Below are positions 21,748 to 31,828 of a stretch of 64,000 bases of DNA, piece after piece. This DNA comes from Phycisphaerales bacterium (lineage in GTDB: Bacteria > Planctomycetota > Phycisphaerae > WQYP01). The notes under the pieces are model-generated. The model did no database searches and was not told the origin of the DNA. It saw only the letters and a program-made list of their open reading frames with translations. Each line of letters begins with the position of its first letter. The first letter of the stretch is position 1. Position numbers and translations under genes: made by a program. The stretch spans positions 14,400-78,399 of the forward strand of contig DAIDJN010000019.1 of the NCBI GenBank assembly GCA_027451365.1, given 5' to 3'.

Positions 21748-24700
21748 TTAGCACGGCCCACTTGCTCGTTTGTTGCAAAAGCGGCTTCGCCGTCGGAGCG
21801 CCATCGCCCCAAGCCCCAAAAATGTAATCGCTAATTCACCCGGTTCGGGCGTGGGCGTAAGCATGATGCTGTGTGGGCTATACTCAAGCTGATAATCCGC
21901 CGCCAGCCCCGACACAGAATTGAATCTGCCGGTCAACGTGCCGGTAAAAGTGGCAATCGTATAGCTGCTTCCGTCATAGCCGCCGGCCAATTCTGTCAGA
22001 TTCAGCTTGCTGGTATTATTCAGCGCAAGGTTACCCGAGATCACCAGCAGATTGCTGGTACCCTTGGATCCTAAATTGGCCATCAATGTGCCGGCATTGT
22101 CGAGATTACCCGTGATATGCAATTCGCCTGCGGGACCCGCGGCCGGATCCCCGGCCGAAATAACGCCGTAATTGGTTACATTCGCCGTGATAATGCCAGT
22201 TCCGGCCAGTTCACCGCCGGTGCCGGCGGCAAACGTGGTGTTGCTTTCATCGGTGGACACCACGATGCCTGCCGCATCAACCGTTAGAGACATGGCGTTG
22301 GTAACGCTGCCGTCAATCACCAGCGTTCCGCCGTTTATTTCCAACCTTCCGCCAAAGCTCTCCGGGCCGCTTAGCGTTAAAGCGCCCGTCCCGATTTTAT
22401 AGAAATTGGTGATATAACCGCTGGTCCCATTCAGCGAGCCGTTAAATGTGGTGCTGGTATTCAACCCGCCCACCACATAATTCAGGGCGTGGTCCAGTGT
22501 CGCGCCTGGAGCTGTCTGCGTGCCCGCCAAAGTGCTTTCCGTCGTGCCGGTTAACGCCCCCAGAACAACGTTATAGCCATAAGGTGCATGGTCTGTCTGG
22601 CCGTTGAAATAGGAAAATGTGATGGAATCCGTGGCGGTTCCATTCAGATCAAGCGTGCCATTGTTAAGGTAAAATCCGATCACGCCGGTCGCGTTGGATA
22701 CCCCGTCAAAACCGACATTGGTGCCATTCCTGCTGGCCATCAGATTAACCGTACCGGTAAATGCGGACCAGTCGCCACCAATCAGGTTTCGCACATAAAA
22801 TGCACTGATGTCCAGCACGCCGCCACCAGACAGAGTGCCGGAGTCAGCCATGTTTCCGCCCAGCACCGCATAATTGTTATTTTCAAACACAATATTGCCG
22901 GTCTTACCGGTTGGCAGATACAAATTGTTTAATATTTCTCCGGAGTCATTCATGGTGCCCCCATTAATAGTTATGGTTCCCACGCCCGCCCCGGAAACAT
23001 TATTCAGATTCAGTGTCCCGGCATTCAGTGTCAGGCCGCCGGAAAAGGTATTTGCGCCCCCCAATGTCAGCGTACCGCTGCCATTTTTAATCACGGACAG
23101 CGTTCCCACGGAATCCTGTATGACTCCATTGAAGGTGCTGTCGGAATTATTGCCACCCAGCGTAAGGGTGTAGTTTCCGGTATTGGCTGGGCTGTTGTTA
23201 TCCACAGCGCCTGTGCCATTCAGCGAGCCAATGGTGACATTGTTGCCGCCTATGTCCAGCGTAGCGCTGGAACTGATATTCAACTCGGTTGCCGCAGGCA
23301 GCGCCGAAGCGATTCCCAGGAACAATGTGCCTGCATTCACGTTGGTTGCGCCGGAATAAGAATTGGTGCCATTAAGAATAATGGTGCCGGCACCCGCTGC
23401 CGTCAGTGTGGCCGCGCCCGTACCGTTGTCCGTAATATTCGCATTTATGGTCAGGGCCGCGGCGGTGGAATAATTCAGCAGCACCAGTTCACCAGGATTC
23501 CCATCCGTTGGGCCGCCGGCGGTAAGCATGCCAGCGGTACCGCTTGTGCCAATAACAAGCCCCAGCCCGTTGGCCGCCTGCATGACGCCGCCTGCCGCGC
23601 CAAGCCGAAGCGTTTGGCCGGTGCCCACAGCCAGCAGTCGCACCGTGGTGGTGTCGGTATCCAGCAGTGTATTGATATCTGTTGTGCCGTTGGCCACCGC
23701 AATATTTCCGGTGGAGGCGGCCGTGATACGGAAATTAGAACTGGAGTGATAGCCGCTCATCTGGCTGATAACGGTGTTACCGCCGGCAAAATCAAGATAT
23801 TCGGCGTAAGGAACGACGTTGTTGTTTGATACGGTGGCCCAATCGGTCTGGTTGAAAGTGGCCCAACCGCCAATTATGCCGGTGTTTGCATTGTTGGTCA
23901 GGCTGTTGCCATTGACCGTTCCACTTGTGGCAAAATCGATGGTGGCATTGTTGCGGATCAGCGGGCCGTTGATGGTTAATGTATGGCCGCTGCCTGCAAT
24001 CCATTCGTCGCTTCCATTGTTCAATGTCAGTCCATTGCCAATGGTGATGTTGCTGCCGGAAGCGTGTATGTCGCCATTTAGAATGAGGGCGGAATCAAAT
24101 ACAATTCCGCCGGTTCCGGTCGCGTTTATTCCGCCGGACCCGACAGTCAGCGTATGGATGCCGGCACCAATTGTAACGGCAGCGGCGGAGGTGCTGTTGA
24201 CACTGTTGACAGTCTGATTGGCACCAAGAGTGACTGTGGCGCCGGATGCAAAATAGACATCATCCAATGACTGGGGTGTGTTGTTATAGGCAACTTGGGA
24301 ATTTGGGGATGTCGACCAGTTTCCTTTGGTATTCCAAGTGTTATCCGCGTCGGCCCCGCTCCAATATACGCTGAAGCCCAATTGTATCTGTTCGCCGGCA
24401 ATGGCGGCGGCATATTTTTCAATGTTGTTGTAGCCGGTGTTGTTGTAGTCTCCGGCGGGGTTGGCGAAATCCGCAGAGGTCAGACCATGCTGCTGAATCC
24501 AGGCTATGGGGACTGAGCCGGACTGTCCGCCCAAGGGTAGCGAGCCTCCCTGCAATGTGCCAAAGCCCGCATTGGAAATGCCGGTGTCCGCGGGGCTGTT
24601 TAAAATTCTGCCGCTGGTACCTAATGATTGCACGTTAGCCAGCACCTGGGCATCAACGGAATTTAGATGCAGGGAATCGCCAGTGTTGGCTACATCATTG

Positions 24701-25680
24701 GAAAAGGCCTGCAGGGCGGTTTTGGCGTTCTCTGTATAGAACGGTGTGCTGGCCGATGTGACACCGGTCGGATATACCGACGAACCGTTCAACACGCCGT
24801 TGCGGCTGGAGTTTTCCAGGTTTCCGCTGGCATAGGCGTTAATGTTGGAATCCATCTGGAAGAAGGCATCACCGGGGTTGGTGGTGGATGGCCCGGTGAT
24901 AAAATAATTGCCGACGATATCCTGATTAAAATGGCCGCTTGTGTCGGCGACTGTATATCCAGCTTCAAAGTTATAAATAACATTATTAACGAACTGCGCG
25001 TCGGCTTTGGCCATTGGATTGCGGTTATGCGCGCTGACCAGGAGATTGTTAAAAAAGCTGGTCGGTCCGGTCTGGTCATGAATATTGAAGGTTTGGGCGG
25101 CGATGGGGTCGGCCACAATGGAGTTCTGAATGGTGATATCGCCGCCGGTGCTGCCGTTTCCCACGGCATCAATATTGTCGTAAGGGCCGTATTCGATGGA
25201 AACGTGATCCAACAGGGCATTGGTGGTGCCGTACATGTCCACGGCGGTTTTCTGCACAGTGCTTGGGCCGCCCTGCAGGACACGAAGGTATTGGACAATA
25301 TCATTTGTGGAATTGGACAATGACAGATTGTATCCGTTGGTGCCCCCTTGAATGGCAATGCCCTGTCCCGGCGCGGTCTGCCCGAATATGGTGACATTGC
25401 TGGCGATGGCGAGTTCAGATTGCAGATTAATGACCCCACCGACATCAAATACCACAATTGAATTGGCCTGGCTGACGGCCTGGCGGAACGAGCCTGCTCC
25501 TGCATCATTAAGATTGGTGACCACTTGAACCGTGCCGCCGCGGCCGCCCGTGGCGTTTGCGCCAAAACCAAGTGCGTCAGGAATGGCCAGTGGTGTGCCG
25601 GCGCGGATTGTCTGGATCGAATTGGAAATATATCCCGCGGCTGCCAATGAAAGTAGTGCGACCAGGTGGTACCGCTTCAA
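21748..25680 (-). CDS. PEP-CTERM surface protein: PL1-type pectate lyase domain plus autotransporter-associated beta-strand repeats
   Basis: N-terminal GFGANATGGRGG..VTNLNDAGAGSFRQAV..VFDVGG..GQTAPG..DHVS..HNRNP (PL1). Repeats K.GSGTLTL.GANTFSGG. C-terminal PEPGELAITFLGLGAMALRRR. Confidence 0.88.
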   Translation of the reverse strand: MKRYHLVALLSLAAAGYISNSIQTIRAGTPLAIPDALGFGANATGGRGGTVQVVTNLNDAGAGSFRQAVSQANSIVVFDVGGVINLQSELAIASNVTIFGQTAPGQGIAIQGGTNGYNLSLSNSTNDIVQYLRVLQGGPSTVQKTAVDMYGTTNALLDHVSIEYGPYDNIDAVGNGSTGGDITIQNSIVADPIAAQTFNIHDQTGPTSFFNNLLVSAHNRNPMAKADAQFVNNVIYNFEAGYTVADTSGHFNQDIVGNYFITGPSTTNPGDAFFQMDSNINAYASGNLENSSRNGVLNGSSVYPTGVTSASTPFYTENAKTALQAFSNDVANTGDSLHLNSVDAQVLANVQSLGTSGRILNSPADTGISNAGFGTLQGGSLPLGGQSGSVPIAWIQQHGLTSADFANPAGDYNNTGYNNIEKYAAAIAGEQIQLGFSVYWSGADADNTWNTKGNWSTSPNSQVAYNNTPQSLDDVYFASGATVTLGANQTVNSVNSTSAAAVTIGAGIHTLTVGSGGINATGTGGIVFDSALILNGDIHASGSNITIGNGLTLNNGSDEWIAGSGHTLTINGPLIRNNATIDFATSGTVNGNSLTNNANTGIIGGWATFNQTDWATVSNNNVVPYAEYLDFAGGNTVISQMSGYHSSSNFRITAASTGNIAVANGTTDINTLLDTDTTTVRLLAVGTGQTLRLGAAGGVMQAANGLGLVIGTSGTAGMLTAGGPTDGNPGELVLLNYSTAAALTINANITDNGTGAATLTAAGAGTIILNGTNSYSGATNVNAGTLFLGIASALPAATELNISSSATLDIGGNNVTIGSLNGTGAVDNNSPANTGNYTLTLGGNNSDSTFNGVIQDSVGTLSVIKNGSGTLTLGGANTFSGGLTLNAGTLNLNNVSGAGVGTITINGGTMNDSGEILNNLYLPTGKTGNIVFENNNYAVLGGNMADSGTLSGGGVLDISAFYVRNLIGGDWSAFTGTVNLMASRNGTNVGFDGVSNATGVIGFYLNNGTLDLNGTATDSITFSYFNGQTDHAPYGYNVVLGALTGTTESTLAGTQTAPGATLDHALNYVVGGLNTSTTFNGSLNGTSGYITNFYKIGTGALTLSGPESFGGRLEINGGTLVIDGSVTNAMSLTVDAAGIVVSTDESNTTFAAGTGGELAGTGIITANVTNYGVISAGDPAAGPAGELHITGNLDNAGTLMANLGSKGTSNLLVISGNLALNNTSKLNLTELAGGYDGSSYTIATFTGTLTGRFNSVSGLAADYQLEYSPHSIMLTPTPEPGELAITFLGLGAMALRRRSRFCNKRASGPC

Positions 25681-25940
25681 TAATGGTTGCTGCGAAATAG
25701 AAAACCCTCCGTGTGCGCTTGCCCCGATGCCATTAACTTTGACTCAGGGTGAACTAAAAATAAAATGGATGCCACGCAATTTGCGTGCGAAGCATATACC
25801 CAACTCGGATTGCGCTGATACATTAACGCCGGCGGATTTTGACACAAACGCGGCTTTTTATTCGGTTTGCCGTCCATCGTATATGTATCGCATAGCTCTG
25901 GCACCATGCGATTTTGCTTCCGCTCACGAAAGTGGAAGAT

Positions 25941-25985
25941 AAAAAAACCGCGCCGGCGGCGAACGGAATCGGTGCCCGGCGCGGC
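25941..25985 (-). terminator. Intrinsic terminator downstream of the prepilin-type gene
   Basis: Minus strand CCGCGCCGG...CCGGCGCGG followed by TTTTTTT; large loop. Confidence 0.6.
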
Positions 25986-26029
25986 TGACGTTCAAATTGA
26001 AAATCTGGTAACGGAACCACAATCCGGGT

Positions 26030-26914
26030 TTATTTGGCACCTCCGTCATTTGGGTCTGGCAGGATATAAAGCGGTTCCAGGGTGTTTAGCTGAAGGGACA
26101 TCACGTGGCCATCCGCACAGACGAAATTGGCCATTCCAGACGTCGACGATGCGGTCAGCATGTGGCGGAACCGAGCTCCGGTCTTGTACAGGTTGGCGGG
26201 GGCTGGGTAATCGGAATTGCCACCGCTGGCCGGCGAGGCCGCAAACATCTGACCGGTGATGCTGTATTTGCCGCCCGGAATGGAGGCCTTCATGTCGTCA
26301 TCCCAGCCGGACCAGCCAGGTGAACCCCAATAAAACAGCCAATCATTGGTGCCATTCGACCAGTTTTGTGTGGCATCGCCATAAAGAATGCAGTTTCCCG
26401 CGTTGACCACATAGCTGGTGGGCAACGATTCCGCGGGTTGATTCTTTTTCGCACTAAAGTAGCCAAGCAGGACAAATGGGTTGGCTGCGTAATTCAAAGC
26501 GTATCCGGAATTCTGCACCAGCGCGCCTGGATCTTCAAACAGAGAGGCCCATTTGACCTGATCAAATGCGGGAAGCGGCTTGCCCTGCCCATCTTTGCCT
26601 TCATAACCGTAGTTCGTCGGCTGCACGGGTGCGCCGGCATACATGAAGAACAGCAGGTTGGCCCATTCGCCGGCGCGGTAATAATTCGTATCGTAGCCCG
26701 AGGGGGGATAGAACCCTTCGTAAGAATCTGCATATTCAATAGTTAACTGGCCGAGGGATCGCAATCGGGCTTGACACTGAATACTGATTGCCGATTGTTT
26801 CGCCTGTGCCAGTGCGGGCAGCAGCAGCGAAATAAGCAGGGCGATGATTGATATCACCACCAGCAGCTCGACGAGTGTGAACGCTCTGCGACGGGTTGGT
26901 TTAAAGGGACGCAT
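26030..26914 (-). CDS. Prepilin-type N-terminal cleavage/methylation protein with an H-X9-DG-like C-terminal motif (DUF1559-like)
   Basis: [33 protein letters not shown]...L and RH...ANFVCADGHV; GGAGG RBS before ATG 26914. Confidence 0.92.
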   Translation of the reverse strand: MRPFKPTRRRAFTLVELLVVISIIALLISLLLPALAQAKQSAISIQCQARLRSLGQLTIEYADSYEGFYPPSGYDTNYYRAGEWANLLFFMYAGAPVQPTNYGYEGKDGQGKPLPAFDQVKWASLFEDPGALVQNSGYALNYAANPFVLLGYFSAKKNQPAESLPTSYVVNAGNCILYGDATQNWSNGTNDWLFYWGSPGWSGWDDDMKASIPGGKYSITGQMFAASPASGGNSDYPAPANLYKTGARFRHMLTASSTSGMANFVCADGHVMSLQLNTLEPLYILPDPNDGGAK

Positions 26915-27015
26915 AAGAAATCCTCCAAAAAAGGAGACGGTGCGAAGCCATAAGAATTTAAAACCGGCCGGCCTGCCGCAACGCACGGTCAGGCGGCCGG
27001 GTTAACCATTTTTCT

Positions 27016-28791
27016 TCAGGCAGATACGCGACCACGGCGACGGCCCGCCAGCAGCAGGCCGGCAAAGCCGACGCCGAAAAGGGCCAGGGTAGCTGGTTCG
27101 GGGGTTGCCGTTGCCGAAAGGGTAATGTTGTTGGCGTTGTAGTTGACCGTGTAACCGGCCCCCAATCCACTAATGGTCGCGAAGGTTCCACTCAGGGTTC
27201 CGGTGAAACTCGCGATCGTATAAACGCTGCCATCAAAACTGCCGGTAAGACCTGTTAAATTCAAGGCGCTGCTGGGCCCAAGCGTCAGATTTCCAGTTAT
27301 TGCCAGCAGACTGCTGGCGCTGGATGGGCCGACATTGATGTTTAATGCGCCATTGCTGGTAACGTTGCCTATGACTGATAATGTGCCGGTGCTGCTGACG
27401 GCCGGATCGCCAGGTGCAATGATTCCGTTGTTGGTCACGGTAATAGGAAATGAAGCGTTGCCAAGGGTTCCATTGCCGGCTAACGTCCCGCCAGCGCCGG
27501 CTGCAAAAGCCAGTCCTGACTCCATTGTTGTGGCTTTGGTCAGGGCCGCATCCACCGTGATACCCGTGGTGCCCGCCGGCGTTGCGGTGACGCCCAATGC
27601 CCCGTCCACCACAAGCGAGCCACCGTTGACTTCAGTGATTCCCTGGAAATTATCAGCGCCGGTCAGCGTCAGCGAACCGGTCCCGACTTTGTAAAGGTTT
27701 ACCTGACCGGCGACTCCGGCCAGCGTACCTGCGAATGTGGTGCTGGTATTGGCGGTACCAATGACATAATTGAGAACGTGGTACGGGAAGCTTCCATACG
27801 AGTAACCCCCCAATGTGCTGTATTTGGTTCCGGTCAGCGCGCCGATTACCGCGTTTACTCCATTGAGGGTGGATTTATTTTGTTCGTTCTGGTACGAGAA
27901 GGTCAACGAGTCGGTTGCAGTACCGTTCAAATTCAACGTACCGTTGTTAAGATAGAATCCGCCGTTACCCTTAGAATTGCCAGCGGCAAGGCTGTCCTCG
28001 AAACCGTTGAAACCGAGGTCCGTGCCATTTCTGGCGGCGGAAACATTGACCGTGCCAGTAAAGGCCGACCAGTCACCGCCGATATTATTCCGCACGTAAA
28101 ACGCGTTGATGTTCAATGTGCCGCCGCCGGTAAGTGTACCCGTATTCAGGGCATTGCCTCCGAGGGTGTCATAGTTATTGGTCTGCTCCATGACGATGTT
28201 TCCGGTGTTACCCGATGCGACATATAAGTTACTTGTAATGTCTCCTGAATCACCGAGTGTGCCACCATTAAATGAGATAGTTCCAGTGCCTGGATTGGTG
28301 CCCGAGATCAGTGTGCCGCCATTCAGATTGGTCCCACCGCTGAAGGTGTTGGCACTTTTCAGCGTCACGGTGCCCGTGTAGCCGGTATCAAGGTTCAGCG
28401 CTGTGGCGCCGGTAATTCCGGATACATCGCCGGTAAAGTTGGTCAGGGAATAGCTGCCCGCACCAGTCATAAAATCGACGGAAGCCGGGCTGACGCCCGA
28501 ACCGGTGCCGACTGTCAGGGCCAGGTTTGTGGCACCACCGGTGAATTGCACAGCTGAGCCGTCGGTATAGGCGACGCCGTTGGTGCTGGTGGTGGTGTCG
28601 TTCCAGTTCAGGTCGGTGCCGGTGGTGTCCCAGTTGCCATTGGTGGCACCAGTGTAAACGAGTGTGTCTGCCGCAATTGGGCGCGTGCTTAGCATTGCCG
28701 AACCGGCCAATAGAGCAACCGCCAGTGTAGCGCAACCGAGCAACCGATTGCGCCGGTTGAGCATCATTTGATTCCGCTGCGAACTTGCCAT
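27016..28791 (-). CDS. PEP-CTERM protein with autotransporter-associated beta-strand repeats
   Basis: Signal peptide, Gly/Thr/Asn-rich repeats (ANTFSGGTNLNGGTL; KVGTGSLTLTGADNF), C-terminal TPEPATLALFGVGFAGLLLAGRRR; GGAGGAG RBS. Confidence 0.92.
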   Translation of the reverse strand: MASSQRNQMMLNRRNRLLGCATLAVALLAGSAMLSTRPIAADTLVYTGATNGNWDTTGTDLNWNDTTTSTNGVAYTDGSAVQFTGGATNLALTVGTGSGVSPASVDFMTGAGSYSLTNFTGDVSGITGATALNLDTGYTGTVTLKSANTFSGGTNLNGGTLISGTNPGTGTISFNGGTLGDSGDITSNLYVASGNTGNIVMEQTNNYDTLGGNALNTGTLTGGGTLNINAFYVRNNIGGDWSAFTGTVNVSAARNGTDLGFNGFEDSLAAGNSKGNGGFYLNNGTLNLNGTATDSLTFSYQNEQNKSTLNGVNAVIGALTGTKYSTLGGYSYGSFPYHVLNYVIGTANTSTTFAGTLAGVAGQVNLYKVGTGSLTLTGADNFQGITEVNGGSLVVDGALGVTATPAGTTGITVDAALTKATTMESGLAFAAGAGGTLAGNGTLGNASFPITVTNNGIIAPGDPAVSSTGTLSVIGNVTSNGALNINVGPSSASSLLAITGNLTLGPSSALNLTGLTGSFDGSVYTIASFTGTLSGTFATISGLGAGYTVNYNANNITLSATATPEPATLALFGVGFAGLLLAGRRRGRVSA

Positions 28792-29110
28792 AGGAAACTC
28801 CTCCAGAAAAGGGCGCCGATAATTCGTGCGTATCACACGATTCGGCAGGCTCAATCTCAACGCTCACCAACACCGACAAGGCATCAGCCATCGAGACCCG
28901 TTTAATTTAGTATTCGCGCCGACGGTCAAACCTTTTGCACCATTCCGATGTTCCGTTCAAGAGCGGCGGAACAGACGCGGGACAGAATCAGGAAAAGTTT
29001 GAACGCCTCTGATTTTTTCAACTCATTCAAGGCCAGTTTTAAGAATCGACCGGCCTGTGCAACTTGTGACGTTTTCCTTCGTATGGCATTAACGTCATCA
29101 ACTTAAAGGA

Positions 29111-29174
29111 AGTATACCCGGCATTTTCAGCATATCTAGAGTATATTTGTGACCACTTGTTATACTTTTGTCGC
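29111..29174 (-). promoter_or_regulatory. Putative AraC-type tandem operator and -10 box for the PEP-CTERM operon
   Basis: Two TTTGT-cored half-sites 21 bp apart (29146, 29167) and a minus-strand TATACT at 29111-29116; adjacent divergent AraC gene. Confidence 0.5.
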
Positions 29175-29456
29175 ATGATTTCCTGGCCTCATGCAGGGTG
29201 AAGTGTCTCTATTGGGCGGTGCAAAGCCCACAGCGAATTGCCGGAAACCTGGTAAGAGATGTCTAAGCGGCCACCCTTGCTCCTATTCACGGCAGCATCG
29301 CGTCGCCACAGCGGCCAAAGCGGCGAATTGATTGCAACTAAATTCCGGCAAAAGCGAAAGCCGCGCATTTATTGCTTTTCATGCGGCTATAGCCCTTTAT
29401 TTCTGCAAGCCTGCCGTTCGGATTTATCCGAACCAAAGCGCCATGTCCTGGATGAT

Positions 29457-29520
29457 ATTATCCACTGTTCCGTCGACTGCTCAATTGTACAAATGTAGCC
29501 TGTTGTTATAGTTTTGTTGC
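29457..29520 (-). promoter_or_regulatory. Second copy of the same operator/-10 module
   Basis: TTGTTATAGTTTTGTTGC (29503-29520) matches TTGTTATACTTTTGTCGC (29157-29174) at 16/18. Minus-strand GATAAT sits at the same 46-bp offset. Confidence 0.45.
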
Positions 29521-29793
29521 GCGGGCGGGCCGGCGGCAGTCTTATTGGTCAAATAAACAGACTCTTTCTTCGGTCCGCCGGTGACCGGTTAACGCTTGCA
29601 TGCATCGTTTTTACGGCCTATTATCCTTTTGTCGGATTGCATGGCCATGTCGATATGGCCAATGGCGTTGTTTTTCCGGAGATTTCGCCACCCGGTGTAT
29701 GAATAGTAGTGTTTTTGTCGCCCTTTTTCATGCAACGGCCGGCCTGGAATCCGTCCGGTTTGAACAGGAATTTATAGCGACAGGATTGCGGAC

Positions 29794-30651
29794 ATGGCTT
29801 CACAGGCGATTATCAGTCAGACGCAGGAGCCTTTTGCCAAACGGCTGGATGGTCGAGCCGTCACGCGCCCGCAGGATGAACCGCCGCATGGAATCCCGAT
29901 AGCGCTGCGTTCCGCCCAGCACTCGCAAATCAGCCGCGGCCGCTTCGAGCCGCCTTGGTCCAAGCGCATTGTGTTGGCCAATTGGCTGATAAAGGGAGAG
30001 GCGTTGATGGGCGTAGGGGGCCGGCGTGTGCCCATAAAGCCCGGCGATTTTGCATTGTATCTCCCTTCCATGCCGCATCAGATATGGGCGGTTTCCAAAA
30101 TTGTTGAAATGTGCTGGTTTTCGATTGATGGCCCGCTGGCCGAACCGTTTGTTCTGCAATTGAATTTGCGTGCAGGCGTGTATCCGTTTGGTCCCGCGCC
30201 GCTGGCGGTGATTGACACCATGATGGATTCGCTAAGCGACCATACCATTCAGGGACGTCGCCGCGCCAGTCTGCTGGCAATACAGGCCTGGTACGATATC
30301 GCCAACACCATTCGCGCGCCGGAAGTGCATTCGGTCATCAGTCAGGCCCGCCACCTTATTGAGCAGGAATTTTCCGATCCTGACACTTCCGCCAAGCGGG
30401 TGGCCACCAGGCTGGGCTATCATCGTGCGTCATTAAGCCGCATGTTTCATGAAAGTACCGGCGTGACTCTGAAGGATTATCTGACGCAGGTTCGGCTTCA
30501 GGAAGCGCAATCGCTGCTTTTACACAGCGATTTTAAGGTCGCCGATATAAGCCGTAAATGTGGGTTTCTGGAAGTCAGCTATTTTTGCCGCTGGCTGCGG
30601 AAACATACGGGGCAGACGCCATCGCAAATTCGCGAATCCGCAGCGCCGTAA
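29794..30651 (+). CDS. AraC-family transcriptional regulator
   Basis: N-terminal cupin-like region. C-terminal double HTH (LSRMFHESTGVTLKDYLTQVRLQEAQSLL..KVADISRKCGF..SYFCR..G.TPSQ.R). Confidence 0.95.
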   Translation: MASQAIISQTQEPFAKRLDGRAVTRPQDEPPHGIPIALRSAQHSQISRGRFEPPWSKRIVLANWLIKGEALMGVGGRRVPIKPGDFALYLPSMPHQIWAVSKIVEMCWFSIDGPLAEPFVLQLNLRAGVYPFGPAPLAVIDTMMDSLSDHTIQGRRRASLLAIQAWYDIANTIRAPEVHSVISQARHLIEQEFSDPDTSAKRVATRLGYHRASLSRMFHESTGVTLKDYLTQVRLQEAQSLLLHSDFKVADISRKCGFLEVSYFCRWLRKHTGQTPSQIRESAAP

Positions 30652-30957
30652 TTTCCCAAACGCGCTTGTCCAAGCCAGGCTGATTCAGTTTGGCGGCCGC
30701 GTCGGGGGCCACCGTTCCGCTCTATCGGTAAAGTCGATAGAGACACACAAAGCCCCAATTTAGAGTTAGTTTGACCATACCTTCTGCCAATGTACGCGGT
30801 TGGGCAGTTGGAAGGTATAAAGGCAGCCCGCAAGACAATTGGGTTTGCACCATGACGCCAACCACCGTTGTCCGCCAATGGTGATACAATTGCCTCTATC
30901 GTATGAACTTCGTTCGGCACTATTGCGGCGGCGGCCCGTTGTGATATAACTAAACAG

Positions 30958-31677
30958 ATGGCAAACGCCTCCCTGATGGGTATAGCCCATCGTGGAGCAT
31001 CCGCTTACGCCCCGGAAAATACTGTCGCCGCATTTGATGAGGCCATCCGTCTGGGTGCTGCGGCCATCGAATTTGATGTGCGGGAGACCGCGGATGGCGT
31101 TCCGGTGGTGGTGCATGATGAAACAGTGGATCGAACCACGAATGGGCATGGCCGTGTAAACGAATTAACGCGGCTGGAGCTGTTGCGGCTGGACGCAGGC
31201 TCGTGGAAACATCCGCGCTTTGTCGGAACCCGTATTCCAACGGTGGCTGAGGCTCTGGCGGCCATAGATGATCTGGCGATTCCGGTGCTGGAACTGAAAA
31301 CAACCGTATCGGCTGGCATATTGGCGGATATTCTGACGGATTTTGCCATGACCGACCGTGCGGTGGTCTTGAGTTTTGAAGCTTTTATGCTTGCCCCGCT
31401 GCGACCGATTCTTCCGAATATCCGAATCGGACTTCTGGCGGATGTATGGACAACTGATTTGCCCCAGCGCTGCGTTCAAACTGGGGCGGGAATTATTGTG
31501 GCAGATACCGAAATTCTGTCGCTGGAACGGGTGGGCCAGATACGAAGCGCGGGACTTGCGGTGTGGACGTACACCGTCAACGACGCCGGCACAGTCGCCG
31601 CATGTGCCGCCATGGGTGTCACCGGTGTCATAACGGATTACCCGGATTTAATCCGCAGCCGTGGTGTGCCATCCTGA
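30958..31677 (+). CDS. Glycerophosphodiester phosphodiesterase family protein
   Basis: IAHRGASAYAPENT, EFDV..TADG..VV.HD, RIPT, ELK, WTYTVND, ITDYP. Confidence 0.95.
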   Translation: MANASLMGIAHRGASAYAPENTVAAFDEAIRLGAAAIEFDVRETADGVPVVVHDETVDRTTNGHGRVNELTRLELLRLDAGSWKHPRFVGTRIPTVAEALAAIDDLAIPVLELKTTVSAGILADILTDFAMTDRAVVLSFEAFMLAPLRPILPNIRIGLLADVWTTDLPQRCVQTGAGIIVADTEILSLERVGQIRSAGLAVWTYTVNDAGTVAACAAMGVTGVITDYPDLIRSRGVPS

Positions 31678-31828
31678 ATTGCGGGCGGCAATATTAAAGC
31701 TGTTCCCATGGCCCCCAGTGAAGTTTTTGCCGTCTGGCGGGTGATGGCCGTGAAACAATCAATTTAAAATCCGGCATTTAAGCGGAGTAAACAACGCCGC
31801 ACCGGAAATTTACTTCAAGCGAGGTTAT

